A stretch of 63,916 nt of DNA, the filler included, from Choristocarpus tenellus KU-1152 (taxonomy: Eukaryota; Protista; Phaeophyceae), in NCBI GenBank assembly GCA_964200185.2. It is 10 parts of 10 records of this genome, joined end to end, with 100 filler letters (N's around TTAATTAATTAA, not from the genome) between each part and the next. Parts side by side here need not be neighbours in the genome. Positions count along the whole stretch, not along the records: positions 11,805 to 23,408 come from CAXNAD020002227.1; positions 23,509 to 31,404 come from CAXNAD020005430.1; 8 more parts are not named here. One strand, given 5' to 3'. The notes beneath the pieces were generated by a model. It ran no database searches. It saw only the letters and a list, made by a program, of their open reading frames with translations, and was not told the DNA's origin. Position numbers and translations under genes: made by a program. This document shows, piece after piece, positions 12,018-24,642 of the stretch. Position 1 is the first letter of the stretch, and each line of letters begins with the position of its first letter.

Positions 12018-14713
12018 AGGGCGTTTGTCCACCTCGGGGTACTTGAGAGAAAGGTCAATCAAGTGGTGAGAAAGAGGCGAGAAATGGGCAGATGATAGAA
12101 TAAGCTCTGTCCAATACTTTGGGCAGAGGAGGCTTAGGGTAGAAGAAATCATTCACTCTCGGTATCTACTCTACATGAACTACCACAGAGTTTTCCCCAG
12201 AGCACCAGATCTCTAGGTGCTTCTTGCCCAGATTACCCTTTTCCATCAATGAGGTGTATTAGGCAAGGGCCGCGCAGCTTCACGCTTATGATCTTGCTAA
12301 TGAGAGCAACCAATATTATGTAGCCAACAACTTGTGGATTTCATTCTGAGATAATCGTACTAGTAGTTCATTGACTTGTGAAGCGTATCATTGTTAAGAA
12401 ATTGAAATGGATGCATACGCGCTGAATTTGTGAAAGATTAGAATGGTAAGGCCCTACGCGATTATTATCTTCCTTGTCTTGTTTGAATTGGTCCAGCAAT
12501 AGAAGACAGAAAACCTGATGTATCGTAGACAAGGTCGACATAGAAAAGAGTGAGATTGTTCACAATCCTGGTCTGTCGAGATACACTGACATAACCTGTT
12601 GGTAATATATGAATCTAGGTGGGGTTGGGGAAGAGACCGCCATAAAAATCTGACACTACTATTTTGCTATAGTCAGAAGGAATTCCTGACGAACCAGCAA
12701 GACCAGTGTACTCTATGCAATTTATCATAATTTTTCATGAAGACACTTTAGCATTTCGCATTTAACTTCTAGTCCGCAGAGCTCAACATAGCCTTCAAAC
12801 TTCAATCCGACTCTACTTTGCACTCCCCAAAAGGTTGATTTCGTATGGAGTGGCCCAGATCCTAGCTGGTCGGCAATGCTAGATCCTCAGACAAGAGCAT
12901 TTGGGCATCAGGCTAAATCCCTTTGGCTAGAAGCTGCCAGGCTGCGCCGCAAGGGGCTGGACACTTGTGAGTCAGCTGGAGGGCATGCCAATAGCTCTTC
13001 CTCAGCAGTAGCTCACTCCCTCAAGCAGGTAAGACAATCGTAAATCTGGTAGTCTCCAGCTTTATTAAAACTAGCTCCAAGTATTTTCTTCTCATGCTCA
13101 CCACTTCACCTGTGGCTATCGAATTAGTGCACAAAAAGTTAAATGATCCAAAGAGAAGAACACTTAGGAACTTGACCATGTCGGTTCAAGGATCTATGCA
13201 CACAGGAAATCGTGTTAAGGGGCATTTCTCTCCAGTAAGGAGTAGCCGTTTTTGCCCCCTTAAGCTCTAAGTCTACCACCAGCCATTTGTATTCAGTTGT
13301 GCTGATGTGTTCACGGGAATGGAAATCTGCTCTCTCTCCCTCTCTCTACTTGTTTGATTTCAAGTAGTCCACAGTATGAAACAGTTGGGTGCCCCTGTAA
13401 TATGAAGCAACCTTGAAGGAGGGAAAGGCACACCACAGTACACTAGAAAAAATTGTTGAAATCGACCAAACTCAAGGAAGAATAGCCTTCCTGTACCTCT
13501 ACTTCTGGTAGTGGAACATTGCCACTACACACCATGTGGCCATTTGATTATCAGTTGAGCTCCCCCCAACTCCACTATACTCGCATGAAGCATTACTACT
13601 GATCGCTTCACCCTGCTTTGCTCCCATAGTAAGAAACAATACTGAACCGACTCTTTGCCACTTTCTACTTGCCGAAATAAAGGCTGCTCGTGCAACTGAG
13701 TTATTGCAAGGCCCTTTTAGTCTAGGTCTGGCACGACTTCTTCGCCGGCTTGGAGAGGCCCAACAGGTGATGGCTTATCCCTCCTCACCCCATCGTTCTT
13801 GGGTCTCACTCTTTGCTTGACATATCCCTACTGATAGTATGGCCATCAACCTTCCTTATTCTAGTCTGATTCGGCAATTGCACAATCAAAATACACCAGA
13901 GATCTACACCTTCACTGAACAGACCAAGGCATCAAGGCATGCAGTCCAATCCCAGTAGTTAATCAGCACCACTTAGCATCACAATATCTCCCACCATTGT
14001 CCCTCTTTGTTCTCGTGCCTACCCCTCAACACTCTGAACTCATAGTTCCTCATAAATCTATCCCCTCGCTTCAAGAAACTTCCGCTTGATGCCACCTTTC
14101 CCCCTCAAGGTCTTCTTCTCTTCTGTCTTACTTCTAAAAAGGTTGCTGGGGATCACGTTGGGGCACGGGGTGCATTCAAGCACGCACAACACATTTTTGC
14201 CGACCACTATGGCTGTGGCGATGAAAGGACTCGCCAAGTTGGAGCCCTCGCCACTGCGGCTGAGAGCATGAGTTGCCCACGGCCCCCTATTGCTTGCCGA
14301 CCTAGATCAGCAGACCCAGCTAGTGGGAGGGTGGCAGGTGAAGGGTTAGGCCCAGGGAGGCAATCGTTTCGGCTAACCAAAGGAAATATTGGGGGTGGCA
14401 ACAGGAGAAATGTGTACAGAAGAGCCACAGTTGAGGAAGCCCATCAGAACAAGTACAATTGCCGCACCTTCTCGAGACGCCCTTCTTCTGCTGGCTGCAG
14501 GTATAGCAGTTTAGACATTCTTGGTGTGGGTAGTAGTAGGTTTTTGGCCGATGGGAACCTGAAGTAGAGGTGGTATAGCAATATAACCATTGCTGTTTCC
14601 ACTGAAAGACAGCAGGTGGATAGAAATGTTTCAGCAAGGGGAGGAAGTAGGAAAAGGTGGGCATATGTGATGGATATAGGGCAGGTAGTGCATTGCCCTG
14701 ATCACTTGAATGT

Positions 14714-14990
14714 GTTCCAAAGCATTTCAGAAGGTTGGAGATTACCCCTGTTTGTCCATTCGGGGCTTGGCATCCCACGGTTTCTTTATGCCCTTTTTCT
14801 ATCTTCTGTGAACACAGTTACCTAGTCTGAAACATTTCGGAGTAGGTAAAATGTACACAGCTATAAAAGGTGTATCCAGAGCAAGGATATCAACACTTGC
14901 TAAACAAGATAGTCAAAATGAATCAAAATCGCAACAGTGGATTTATGACCCCGAACGGATGTGGCCTTACCCTCTGAAACACTTTGGATC
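14714..14990 (-). mobile_element. MITE family B copy, TSD ATGT
   Basis: Runs GTTCCAAAGCATTTCAGAAGGT...ACCCTCTGAAACACTTTGGATC, flanked by ATGT at 14710-14713 and 14991-14994. Confidence 0.88.
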
Positions 14991-17900
14991 ATGTGAAGTA
15001 GTGCAATGTATGAGGAGACCTCTGAACTAGGTGCTGGGCGAAAGCCTATGCGTTCCAAGTACAGGGGATGTGATACTCAAGGTGCGCAAAAGAAAGGATT
15101 CTAAAGAATAAATGCAGTAGCACTACCGTTAACAATTGATGTGAAATGGTCTTTTGCACAGCATGTAAAAACTCCATGAGCTCATGAACCACAGACTGCA
15201 ATAAAGCAACAGGCTTGGATTTCTTAGGCAAGAGGAGTAAAACAACTGATATCTAGCGCCAATCTTATTATCATTGCCATTCTCATTTCCCATCCTTTTT
15301 CTACTAAGTACTTTAGAAGAGCAGGCCACCTTGATACTACAACATCTATCATGACCTACAATAATGATGAAATAGCAGGTAATTTGAGACTTGCTTTATT
15401 GTTGTTACATTTTTTGACCTACAACCTACTACTTGAATATTTTTTAGTCTCTCTGTTGCTCTATTTCACTGACCAATGAGGACCGAAACAAATGCCTGTA
15501 CAGTCTGTATTGACTCAGGATCACAACACCGACTTTTATCGCATTCCTTCTGTATTTCCATGCTAATTTTTAAACATCCAGAGTTGCACTATTTTGTGGG
15601 GTTTTGTATGGTGTGCTACATCCCTGCAACTTCTACCACTACATCAACGAATCAGTAATGAGTAAGACAAATTTCCATTTGCTTGAAAATACTTGTTGTA
15701 ATATGTTGCCAGGAATGTCAATAGTGTTGCGTTTGTGAGAAATAGGGCTTTATATAAGGTATTCCTCTTTTTTTTTGTAATTCTATTTTAGACTTAGTCC
15801 ATGAGATGTCACTAACGAGATTGTACATTCGGACTGACAATTGATTGATGTTGTAGTTAGGTTCCATTATTTTGATAGTTGTGATAGTATGTTTTTTGGA
15901 AGACCAACATCTGAGAGAGTTGATGCATGGTCACCAATATATGATTGTGCTAGTTTCTCTGGTATTTCGAGAGTTTACATGCAGTGATGATGGGTGAAAT
16001 AGGTAGACAAAAATAAGAGTTGCTTGAGTGAGAGAAGGCCCACGAGGTCTCACTCTTCCAATCTACAACCATGAGAATTTCATTCCCTTGGAAAGGGTGT
16101 GTGTATAAGGCTCTTATCTACTTTCTCTCCTGCCTTCTATCCTCATCAAGGACCCACTATTTTCTCAAATAGGTGTCCACCATCCACACCTGCAGAGTAG
16201 TTTAGTCAGCAGTTGGATATGGGCTGCTTTCATAACCATACACAAAATGTTTGAGGCAGAGACCTTCACCACCACCAGCAATACAACTGAAACCACAGTT
16301 ATACTGACCCACTGACTCTCTGATATATAGTTATTGGCAATCTCCGATTTCTGATTTTGATTCTCATGAAATTTGAGGGTCCATCCGCAATTTGGGGTCC
16401 TACTCCACATTACGTTAGCTCGTTCTTGGTTGTCTCTCAGTGGCCGACTACAGCACCAAGGGCATAGGGTCATTGAGCTATAACTATAGTAATAGTAGTT
16501 CTTTTCCACAGTTTCCTCAATTAATGGGAATTAAGTGTAGAGCATGAGTGGTGTGCAAATACACCTAAGCGCTGGTAGGGAATAGATTAAGGAAGGGCGT
16601 ACCAATCCCAGACAGAAAATTTATCAATCCGAGAGGAGGTATGAAATGCTTGTGAAGTGTATTGGAGTATATGATTAGCAGACCAACCCAGGATTTTTGT
16701 CAACGTTTAGGCAACATACCGTTGTTTCTACACCAGTCCAAGACAAAAATATAGCTACCTGAATCAAGAGACAGATACTCCAAGCATTTTGAAAAATGTG
16801 GATTTAATATATTATACTCCAGTGTACACACAATGTAGTTCAATGATAAAGTACCTCCACCACGGTTGAATGATGGAAAACTATGCTGTTCCTAGCGTGT
16901 TCAGTTAATCCAAAACTAAGTAAAGCAACAGCATTTTTTGTGGGATAAGAGTGAAGGAGCAGCTCCATCATGCTCTCCAAAACTACTTGATATCACCAAT
17001 GCCTGGGTAGGATGTTCATGTTTGGGGAACTTGTAAATATAGACAGCATATGCAGGATGGAGAAGAGAGCATGACCATAAATCTTCATCATCAGGTGTTT
17101 GGGGACACTATCGTGTAGATGATCGCAGGGTAGCATACAAGGACAGATAGTCAACACAGGTGGCATGCATTTGTGGGTGGTTGTTAAGCTGTCCTTGACG
17201 ATCTTTTGTCCCACAACAACCAGTTATATAGTATTGTTTATTAACTTGTATCAGAATTGAGAAGAGAGCGAGACACCATCACCAGATAGAGCTCAACAAA
17301 CCTTACAGCAAATAACTCAGAATACCAAATGACCTGACAGTTCTCTACAACACTTCAGAAACACTCCTATTCTAACATTCCGAGGAACTTCTTCTGGTCA
17401 AAACCCTACCTAAATATCCCGAATGTGCCGCATCATCGTTTGTGCGTACATCCAAAATGAATTCGAATCTTATTCTCACAAATGGACAAGCATAATCTTG
17501 ACATAACCTTTTTCCAACCACTTGGACGAATGGCATGGCAAAGGATATAGATGGAAAGGGTCATACAAAAAGCGTACACACAAGGTTGCATGCACACTAT
17601 ACACTCCCTATGGGCTGTTTTATGAGTTGATTGTTTTTGGACTTTAGTTTGTGGATCGAAATAAGGCGAGTGGGGCTTTTGGATGGATAAATTTGACCAT
17701 TCTTGATATATTCTTCTCCTGAGAATCTTGACATCAATGCTGTTGGTGTTGATGTTCTGTGCCCTGCTGGATGCTAGTGAGTATCGTCTGGACCTTGGCG
17801 GATCCCACCTTCTCAGCGACTTATTATTCGTCCCATTCTTCGTACATAGCTTCTTTTTTTGTTAACAAATTGTGTATTGCTTTTCCTCTACACTGGCTCT

Positions 17901-19449
17901 TGACTTGTGCCTTCAGACTAGATATGGACGGGCGAACTCTCCTCTAGGACACTATGGGCCAGGAACAACCACTGTAATCTAATGCAAACACTACAACCAC
18001 CAAGTACCACGTAAGGCATGGTGGTTCGGTGCAATAATGCTATAGTAGGAATTCCTAGCAGAGTGGTTGAGAGCCAACAATACGCCAGATAAATTCTATT
18101 CAAGGCAACAAAGCAAACGTGAGATTCTTGAAAAATTACCAGTGGCTTTCGCCTCATATATGTGCGCTAAGGCTTTTGGGAGCATCCTGTTCTGTCGATA
18201 GGACCTGTTGCAGCTAGTTCCCAACAGCTTCACTTCTAACAACACCTACAGCACGCCTATCTTTTCCAGCAAGGTAGAAGAAACACCAAAAAATACGTAT
18301 TTTTGAGAAAAACCGAGACAACCAGAAAAGACCGTACAAGAAAATTATCTAACACCTTCAAAAAGAAGAAGACGATACTCCCTGCAGGAGAGTCAAAACA
18401 AAAAAATAAAATAACAGTATCTATTGGACAGTATCCGAAACATACTGGTGTGTCAGTGGGCAGGGGGGATGGAGGAGCAGAGGTATACATTAGACTCTAG
18501 CGGATTTACTACATACAGCAGGGTTGATAGTCAGCTTCAACGTACATTTGTGGCAAAGTAAGCACAACAACCAAATGGCCGTTCCCCCCAAAATTCAGAG
18601 ACAATACCCTACTCTCCTCACGTTGGATGCAACAACTGGTCCACAAAAGAAAAATATTCACACACACACTAAACATATGGAACCTATGAAAACTCCATCC
18701 TGAGGCAGGTTGAAGTGATAGTGTCACTGCAGGCTATTCTTTCCAGCACTATGAAAACACTAATGTAATTAGTCCAACAATATGGCAGCTTGGATCTAAT
18801 CAATAAGCCATCAAGCAGATGCCAACATATATTTCAATCAAGTCAACATGTATACAAGGTTTGGATTACCTCCTTTAACATGGTAACTATATTCCGACCT
18901 TTATATGTAGGACATCAAGGCCCTTACGGATAAATCTACTAAAGAATTCCTAACAACTTGATCTCACTCTACAGAAGTATCTCCCTTTCTCAGCAGAGGT
19001 AGTTTGCTACCCTCCCACTTGCTCTCTGTGCCCCCTTCCCCAATAATAATCACATTCTTGTACTTCATGGAATAGTCTACCATTCCATCAAAAAAGAGAT
19101 GATCTGATGAAAAAAAAGACTCCACCTGCCACATAACAAATGTAGAAATAATAGTGTGCACGGTTGACAAAAACATCACAAGTGTTGTGACAAGGCTATG
19201 CGCCAAACACAATATTCCTGGAAAAAAAATAAAGTAACTGAAAACATTGATAATGCTATAGCTAACGATAACACCATGACAAGTGCGAAGTCACCAGACT
19301 TCCTCAACACACAACTATCTCTCTTTCACACTCTTGAAAAGGCAGGGAAGAGCCCTCTATACAACCCAAATCCTTTCTCTCGAGGCGCACCAGGTCAAGT
19401 CTATTGTGCTCCTCAGAAGACTCATTCCTGAGCTACAAGTAGCAGAGGA

Positions 19450-21498
19450 CTAGATCTTTGTGAGAGTGCCCTGTTTCACAATCACATTACAAAACAGGCA
19501 CACACAAAATCGTCCAAAAAGGTCTTGAAGACCTGCTGCAGATGCTGTCGCCTTCGAATCCCGAAATTTGCTCATTACAGAATTGACCTCAATATCTCCT
19601 CCATCCCCATCCCCATGACCTCCTACCACCATTGGGGTCGCACCTTCATCAACTCTAATCCTCTTACTCCCTTCAGTCGGTGAAACAGCGTCACCTTCAA
19701 TCCCATCACCACCACCCCCCCCGTTAGAAGAAACAGTCTTCCTCTTGACAGGAGCTTCAGAAGCAGTTGGGGCTCCCATTGTTGCTTCCCGCTGACAAGA
19801 TGACGGCAGTCGGGAGGCTGAAGATGGGACTAGGATGGATGATTGGCAGAGCTCACACCGTCTATAGTCCATGCTGGTGCTTGCGATAAGTGTTTGCATG
19901 CACCGATCCAAACGGTGTCCCTTTGAGCAGCGTGCCCAGCCAGGGAGTTCAGGGGGATCAGCTTCATCGTTGCCTCGATCCTGGGGGCGGTCACCTTCCC
20001 CTGAGATACCGCTGTTGTTTCTGATTCTCACACCTACCCTTCCCTCTCCTTCTCCCACCTTTGATCTCGTACTTGCCCTGACCCCTACTGCACTTATCAC
20101 ACGAGAGCCGCAAATTCCACACAATTCCCCACTCAAGTTCGGGGAGGTTCCTATCCCTCCAGCACTGCCCTGTCCACCCTCGACACTGCTTCCTTCACCA
20201 CCGGCTGCCTTGGTCATAGTCGTGTCAGCCCACTTCAATAGCTCTTCCGTCTCTGAAACAGCGGGCAAGTCCAGCAGAGGCATCGCCAATGGCCCTGCCA
20301 GATAGGACTCCCCCGGCCCATCAAGACCTTGGTCTCTCCGGAGTTGAACCCGGCGCAATGCTTCACTGAGGCAGTCCTTGGCAAGCTTCAATGCCATCTC
20401 ATTCTCACCCTCTACTATTGCTCCCTTTCCTGCAGCACCTTTTCCTGACTTCGGCCCAGTCCCCCCTGCCCCAGTCAATGCTTCAGATCGTTCTCCTGCA
20501 GCACCAGTCCCTTCCACTCCCCCTGCTCCCAACTCAGAAAGCAATGTTTGCCTTCCCTGCCCCTGGAACCCTATCCTAGCTGATGAAAGCAGGTGGAAAG
20601 CATTGAGAAGAGCTAGACGAGTTCGGGCAGCACCTGCTCGGCTGACTAGGTCAACTGCCTCCTTATCTCTACAACCAGCTTCCTCGGCAGCAAACTCTGC
20701 CGCGATGGTCAAGGCCAGGTGGTGCAACTGGAGCAGCCGGAGGCTGGGCGGCACAGAGGAGGAGTCATGCAATTGCAATTGCAGGGCTGTGTTTGTGACG
20801 GGGGCATGGCCCTGGGTGGGAGCAGGAGCTGGGGAAGGGGTTGGTGGTCCACATCCAGAGGGTAGACGAGCAAGTGCTGCTTCCAGACGATTGATGATGG
20901 TATCCAGAAGGTTTTCAGAATTTTCTTCGTGGTTTTCTTGATCGTCTGCATCTTCCCCCTGAAGTATTCGATCCCCCTGTATGGTGTGATACAATGTTTG
21001 CATGTTATCATCTATTGCATGCCACAAGACAGCAGCAAGCACAATCGAAATATAATCATCCTAAAAAAGATGGGGGAAGGGGGAGAGGGGGGGCTATGGG
21101 GAGGGGGAGGAAGACATGTCTGAATAGAGGGGAGAAGTGGGCAATGCGTTGACACATAGCACTTCATACTCTGGATAATCTCATAGTAAGTCTCAAGCTT
21201 GGTAGAAGTGACTGATGGAACAAGAGCGAATCAACCCTCTTTTACTACTACTACTACTACTACTACTACTACAAACAAACAAAAAGTCTCCAGTGCACAG
21301 GCTGAACTGTACAATAATCCAATTCCTTCAACATCAAATTGTGTCCATTTTTCTCAAGGTACACATTCTCAAGTACATACGTTGAATGGTAGATGGTGAC
21401 TTCAAGTGACCCAACGTAGCTGGGGGGNNNNNNNNNNTACACATAAAATGTGTTAAGTTGGTTGTGTGGGAGATGTGGGGTTGGTTGATGCCGCGCGT

Positions 21499-21533
<35 letters not shown>

Positions 21534-22472
21534 CTACACCAAGGTGTCCATTTGGACCAAAATCAGGAAAAGTGCATTCACATTATCCATCTTACGTATG
21601 GAACCAAATCACTCAAAAATTGTGACATGAAAAAAATGACCCCAAAATGGACAGCCGCCATCCCCCCCCCCCACCAAAACCTTTCACCAGTAAAAAAACA
21701 CACAACACTACCCCAAACCAAAAAAATCAAACAAAGTTGGTCTTTGATTGTGATGCAAATCAAAGCACGCACATAAAAGAAGTTAAAAAGAGGAAATAGC
21801 AAGCTTTTCTCGGCTGGATCAGCTTGTCCTTCGAAGCATCAACTCTCGGATGCATTGTGGTAGGATATGCACATCATCCTGCATTTTGACCCATAACCTC
21901 CTCTCTCAACACCTCATGTTACTGTTCTCACCACAGACAAGTCAGCGGCTGATAGAGCAGCAGCCTTCAGTGCCCAACCCCAATCCCCCAGAAGGCAATC
22001 ACGGGCAAGCGGAAAATTCCACACTGTCCTCGGTTGAATCTGCAGATTCAAGTCGAGCGGGGTGGAAACGCGGGGGCAAGGGGGGGAGGGGGGGGGAAGG
22101 GAGAAGAAATGGGCACACAAGGAAAGGGTCTCTCAATTATCAAGGGATTTCATTCACATCGATAGCACCGTTCCCATTCTCAGGAGATCAAATGAAACAG
22201 GGTGACAATTACTTCAATCAATGAAATATAACAACTGCGTTGATCGCACTACAGATCACCGCAATCTGCCCTGTCTCTGTCTGAAGAGTTTACTCCATCA
22301 CGAGCTCAACACATTCGCGCAGCCTGCGAAGGAGAGTATTAAAAAAAAAATTAAAAAAAACTAAAAAAAATAAGAGATCGCATTGATTCAAAAGGACAAA
22401 AAAAGACGACATACACCCTTTTTTTACCCATTCACCAAAGCAACGCATGCTGTGCATTCGTTTGCATGATCA

Positions 22473-22503
<31 letters not shown>

Positions 22504-22973
22504 CAAACAAACAAACAAACAAAAAACGAAAGAAAAAAAAAACACGTCCAAGCACAACTTTTCGAGGGTATAGAATGAACATCATCAACGGACACAACGG
22601 GAACGAACTCACGGCTAACTTACTCCTCACACCTGAAACGCAAGTAGAGTACAACCTTTCAAGAAAAAAAAAAAAAAGCACCGAGCCGTTGCATCACGTT
22701 CTTTCCATTCAAAAAAATATGAGCTGCCAAGAAAGGGGAGAGGCACACAGTGCATCCCACACAACAAGAGTAGAGGTAGATGCGACTCACCAAACCAGCA
22801 CCAATCCTCTCCTTATCCCCTTCCCCGCTCTCTCTTTCACTTCCTTGGTTAACTTCGGCCTGCTTCTCATCGGTGGTGGTCTCTTCCAAAGCCAGGGCCC
22901 TGTCGATCGCAGCCGGCAGCAGAGAGGCTACAAGCACACGACACCTAGGCCGTTTGATTCCTCCCATTTGTAC
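19450..22973 (-). CDS. GTF3C4/TFIIIC90-like protein with C-terminal zf-TFIIIC zinc finger (3' part)
   Basis: Phase-0 exons 22973-22791, 22039-21932 and terminal exon 20976-19450 (1527 bp, ends TAG). The C-terminus has CGIC...WARCSKGHRLDRCMQTL...YRRCELC...CLFC, the Cys/His pattern of the TFIIIC GTF3C4/Tfc8 zinc finger. Family assigned by motif recall only. Confidence 0.65.
21499..21675 (+). mobile_element. MITE family A copy (intronic, ends degraded)
   Basis: Has the same internal body (GTGTCCATTTGGACCAAAATCAGGAAAAGTGCA...CAAAATGGACAGCCGCCA) between polyG and polyC tracts. Confidence 0.8.
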
Positions 22974-23523
22974 CTTGAGAAAAGGCGTTTGGTGTGACAG
23001 GGTGTACAAGGTATCTGTGTATGGAGTGTATTTTGGGATAAAACATGTGTACCATATAGTTAACTTCAACAAAAAAAAGGTGTACCTTTGTCCTCCAAAG
23101 CAACTATCCAAACGGACAGTCGCCTAAATCAATGACCTCAATATATGTGTAGAGAATCACTGGGAAACACAATAACATCTCTAGGAAAACACTCGGGCAT
23201 AGGAGAAGAAAAAATATGAAGTCAGCAGCTGGGCAGAGGCCACAAGGTAAGAAACCCCTGTTCAGTGTCCCCAACCCCAAAGGTTAGAGCTTTAACTGAT
23301 GCCGGGTTATGTGGTATGACCCACTCCCCTCCCCCCCCCCCCCCCCCCCCCCCCAAACCCCATCCCCCCCCCCACGGTAGCCAATGGGAGAACCAACCAG
23401 AGCAAAAANNNNNNNNNNNNNNNNNNNNNNNNNNNNNNNNNNNNNNNNNNNNTTAATTAATTAANNNNNNNNNNNNNNNNNNNNNNNNNNNNNNNNNNNN
23501 NNNNNNNNAGAGTGAGTGTGCAA

Positions 23524-23710
23524 GACCCAAAGTATATGGGGGGGTGGGGGGGGTCTACACGAGGGTGTCCATTTGGACCAAAATCGGGAAAAGTGCATTT
23601 ATTTGCATTATTATCCATACGACGTATGGCAGCCAAATCAGTCAAAAATCGTGATATGAAAAAATTGACCCAAATGGACAGCCGCCACCCCCTCCCAGAT
23701 ACTTCGAGTC
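23524..23710 (+). mobile_element. MITE family A full copy
   Basis: Runs GACCCAAAGTATATGGG...CCCAGATACTTCGAGTC; no clear TSD. Confidence 0.85.
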
Positions 23711-24025
23711 ACGAATAGTGAGGATCTACCCTTCAAATCAGATTTCTGGAACCAAAACAAAGACAGCATGGGCAGGGAATGCATCAGGGTCACGCCATCC
23801 ACCAGTAGAGGGTGACGTTGAAAGCCATGGTTGGAAGGGTAGGCCCCAGATGCCTTGGAGCCACTGTTGAACTAGGAGTCACTAAATGTCCATGTGATGA
23901 TAGACTTAATCCTGTGATGCTAGAAGCCACTAGAAATAACTCATCGGATGCACAGACTGAATGGTAGGATCTCCACTAGAAACCCCATTGATGCACAGAG
24001 AAACTTGATGGAGGATGTCAACATT

Positions 24026-24283
24026 GAGTGAAAGTATCTTAGAGGGTACGAGGTTTGCCCTGTTTGTCCATTTGGGGTTTGGCTTCCCACAGGTGTTTTA
24101 TGACATTTTTCTACTCCGATATGTTTCGGAGTAGGTAAAATGTATACGTTATGAAAAGGTGTGTTCGGAACAAGAATATTGACACTTCCTAACAAACACA
24201 ATAGTCAAAATTACATCAAAATCGGAACATTGGATTTTGACCCCCAAATGGACGCGGCTCTACCCTCTAAGATACTTTGGCTC
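24026..24283 (-). mobile_element. MITE family B copy, TSD CATT
   Basis: Runs GAGTGAAAGTATCTTAGAGGGTA...TACCCTCTAAGATACTTTGGCTC, flanked by CATT at 24022-24025 and 24284-24287. Confidence 0.9.
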
Positions 24284-24642
24284 CATTTTATAGCCGTATT
24301 AACTCACCTAGATGGGATAATAGTAGCCTAAATGCTCAAGAAAGCAGGCAAAAAGTGATGACGAAGGTTGGGTGCCGGAAAACACTGAGAATGGGTTGTG
24401 AAACAAACTTGCATGCAGGTAGGAACCGATGTTTGCTCCACAAGGCAATGCTTTCAATTGCCACCATCTATCTTTGCCTCAACTCACAAACTGCCATGTT
24501 TTAGGAAAAATCATGACGAGTGATGTAGAGCAGACATTGATAGTGTGCTCCCAGTGCTGGAAGGTCTTAAACTCATCACAGAAACTCTTCCCTCCTCTTC
24601 TGTCCCTAATACCAAAACAGATACGCCATGAAAATCGACATA

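Noticed and set aside
17400-18200. Possible PIF/Harbinger transposase relic (…YNHQVPRKAWWFGAI…EFL)
   Set aside because: Only a faint motif resemblance amid many stops; not supportable without a profile search.
19871-20941. Plus-strand ORFs of 144 and 187 aa
   Set aside because: Antisense shadows of the GC-rich GTF3C4-like exon.
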